Source of the DNA: Tubulanus polymorphus
Taxonomy: Eukaryota; Animalia; Nemertea
Reading direction: 5' to 3'
DNA: 64,000 bases
Assembly: GCF_964204645.1 (NCBI RefSeq)
Contig: NC_134031.1
Span: 8,742,001 to 8,806,000 of the forward strand
The position numbers and the translations under genes were made by a program. How positions within the stretch are numbered: the first letter of the stretch is position 1; each line of letters starts with the position of its first letter. Of the stretch, positions 63,225 to 64,000 are shown piece by piece. A model generated the notes under the pieces. It searched no databases. It was not told where the DNA came from and saw nothing but the letters and a program-made list of their open reading frames with translations.

Positions 63225-64000
63225 ATGAGTGGGAGTTAGATAAGTCCTTCTAAGATTTCTAGAATATCTAATGCTATTAAAGCAGAAAGATCACATCATA
63301 TAATTACACATAATCCTTCAAATATTAATCCCGATGAAACTTTATATGTTAGAATTCCTAGATTAACACAAAATACTTTTTATGTTCCAAATAGTATTTA
63401 TTTATCAGCTGATATAAAAGTAACTGGCCATGATAATAATTATGTTGTTGATAATGTTGGAAGGTATTTGATTAAAAAATTAACTATAAAGATTGGTCCA
63501 GAAACAGTTTTCTCATTAGATGATTATAATTTATTTATGCATTATAAAGATTTATGGTTAACTAAAGAAAATAGAAATAATATGATATTTCAAGGCATCC
63601 AATCAGGAAACCATAATAAATTAAGATCAGGAGCTAATGACGCAATAGTAACTCGTGCCACAGATAATTTGATTAAAAAGATTTATGGAAGCAAATATAA
63701 AATCCCATTAGACTTTGAATTGATAAATAACAATGCACCTTTATATAAATACGCAATTCAAGAAGATATTATATTTGAGATAACATTTGCTCCTGTTAAT
63801 GAAATTGTATTATCTAGCGTTGTTAAAGATATGGGTTATAAATTATCGAATATATGTTTAGAATATAACACAGTAACTAATGAAAATATTGCAAGTATAA
63901 TTCAAACTCAATACAATCAAGGATTTTCATTATTATATGATTATATTGATAAATTTAAAACTGTAACTATTAATGCAAATGATGAAATAATAAATGAGAA
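63225..64000 (+). pseudogene. Major capsid protein (double jelly-roll type) with a stop at codon 5; continues past the window; absent from the ORF track
   Basis: ATG at 63225 and TAG at 63237, then open to the window end: IITHNPSNINPDETLYVRIP..VVDNVGRYLIKKLTIKIG..YKDLW..FQGI..YKIPLDFEL..YKLSNICLEY. This resembles, from memory, MCPs of invertebrate Polinton-like elements. Confidence 0.75.

Larger units (their letters stand above)
58033..63227. promoter_or_regulatory. Repeated viral gene-start motif AA-T(5-9)-short spacer-TAAATG at nine sites
   Basis: Precedes the ATGs at 58035(-), 58879, 59236, 59482, 59924, 60375, 61780 and 63225 (all TAAATG) and 58105 (TAAATAATG). Confidence 0.8.
55168..64000 (+). 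mobile_element. Endogenous Polinton-like virus (Maverick/adintovirus-related), degraded, left-truncated, running off the window
   Basis: Abrupt switch to very AT-rich, intronless, densely packed ORFs encoding pPolB and minor and major capsid proteins, with a shared motif upstream of each gene. No TIR, integrase, ATPase or protease is visible within the window. Confidence 0.9.

Noticed and set aside
55364-63239. Alternative genetic code or stop readthrough in the viral genes
   Set aside because: All three stop types occur, and the implied residues differ (likely E in GD*LLH, L in CP*PG). TAA also ends intact genes, and frameshifts are present. Ordinary decay explains the pattern.
55168-64000. 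Mitochondrial plasmid, NUMT or bacterial/phage contamination
   Set aside because: Capsid- and penton-like genes, Polinton-type PolB motifs, the absence of Shine-Dalgarno patterns and accumulated nonsense mutations fit an endogenous eukaryotic virus. A misjoin still cannot be excluded without reads.

Overview
This is eukaryotic, intron-rich and repeat-rich animal DNA, probably from a marine invertebrate. A lophotrochozoan is inferred only from the style of the Helentron/HINE-like repeats. There are two host genes. The first is a minus-strand, 13-exon type I membrane protein (signal peptide, five PAN/apple domains, two CUB domains, TM; about 691-19179) with decayed domain exons in its introns. 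The second is a plus-strand C1orf131/FSAF1 orthologue (about 33598-48482). Between and within them lie a degenerate DIRS1-type retrotransposon, a 5'-truncated L1/Tx1-like LINE with a 17-bp target-site duplication (TSD), BEL/Pao and CR1-like fragments, MITEs, foldback palindromes and a 31-bp satellite. From about 55168 to the window end lies a very AT-rich, pseudogenised endogenous Polinton-like virus (PLV). It encodes a protein-primed PolB, a zinc-finger protein, a minor capsid protein, several membrane proteins and a major capsid protein. Two features stand out. Its PolB carries a LAGLIDADG-containing intein at the motif C (YxD|TDS) site, like the PolB inteins of giant viruses. All nine of its visible gene starts share a T-run/spacer/TAAAT(G) motif matching poxvirus late promoter architecture. 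Together these suggest, by inference, a virophage-like parasite of a cytoplasmic large DNA virus. All assignments come from motif recognition and manual translation; no searches were run.
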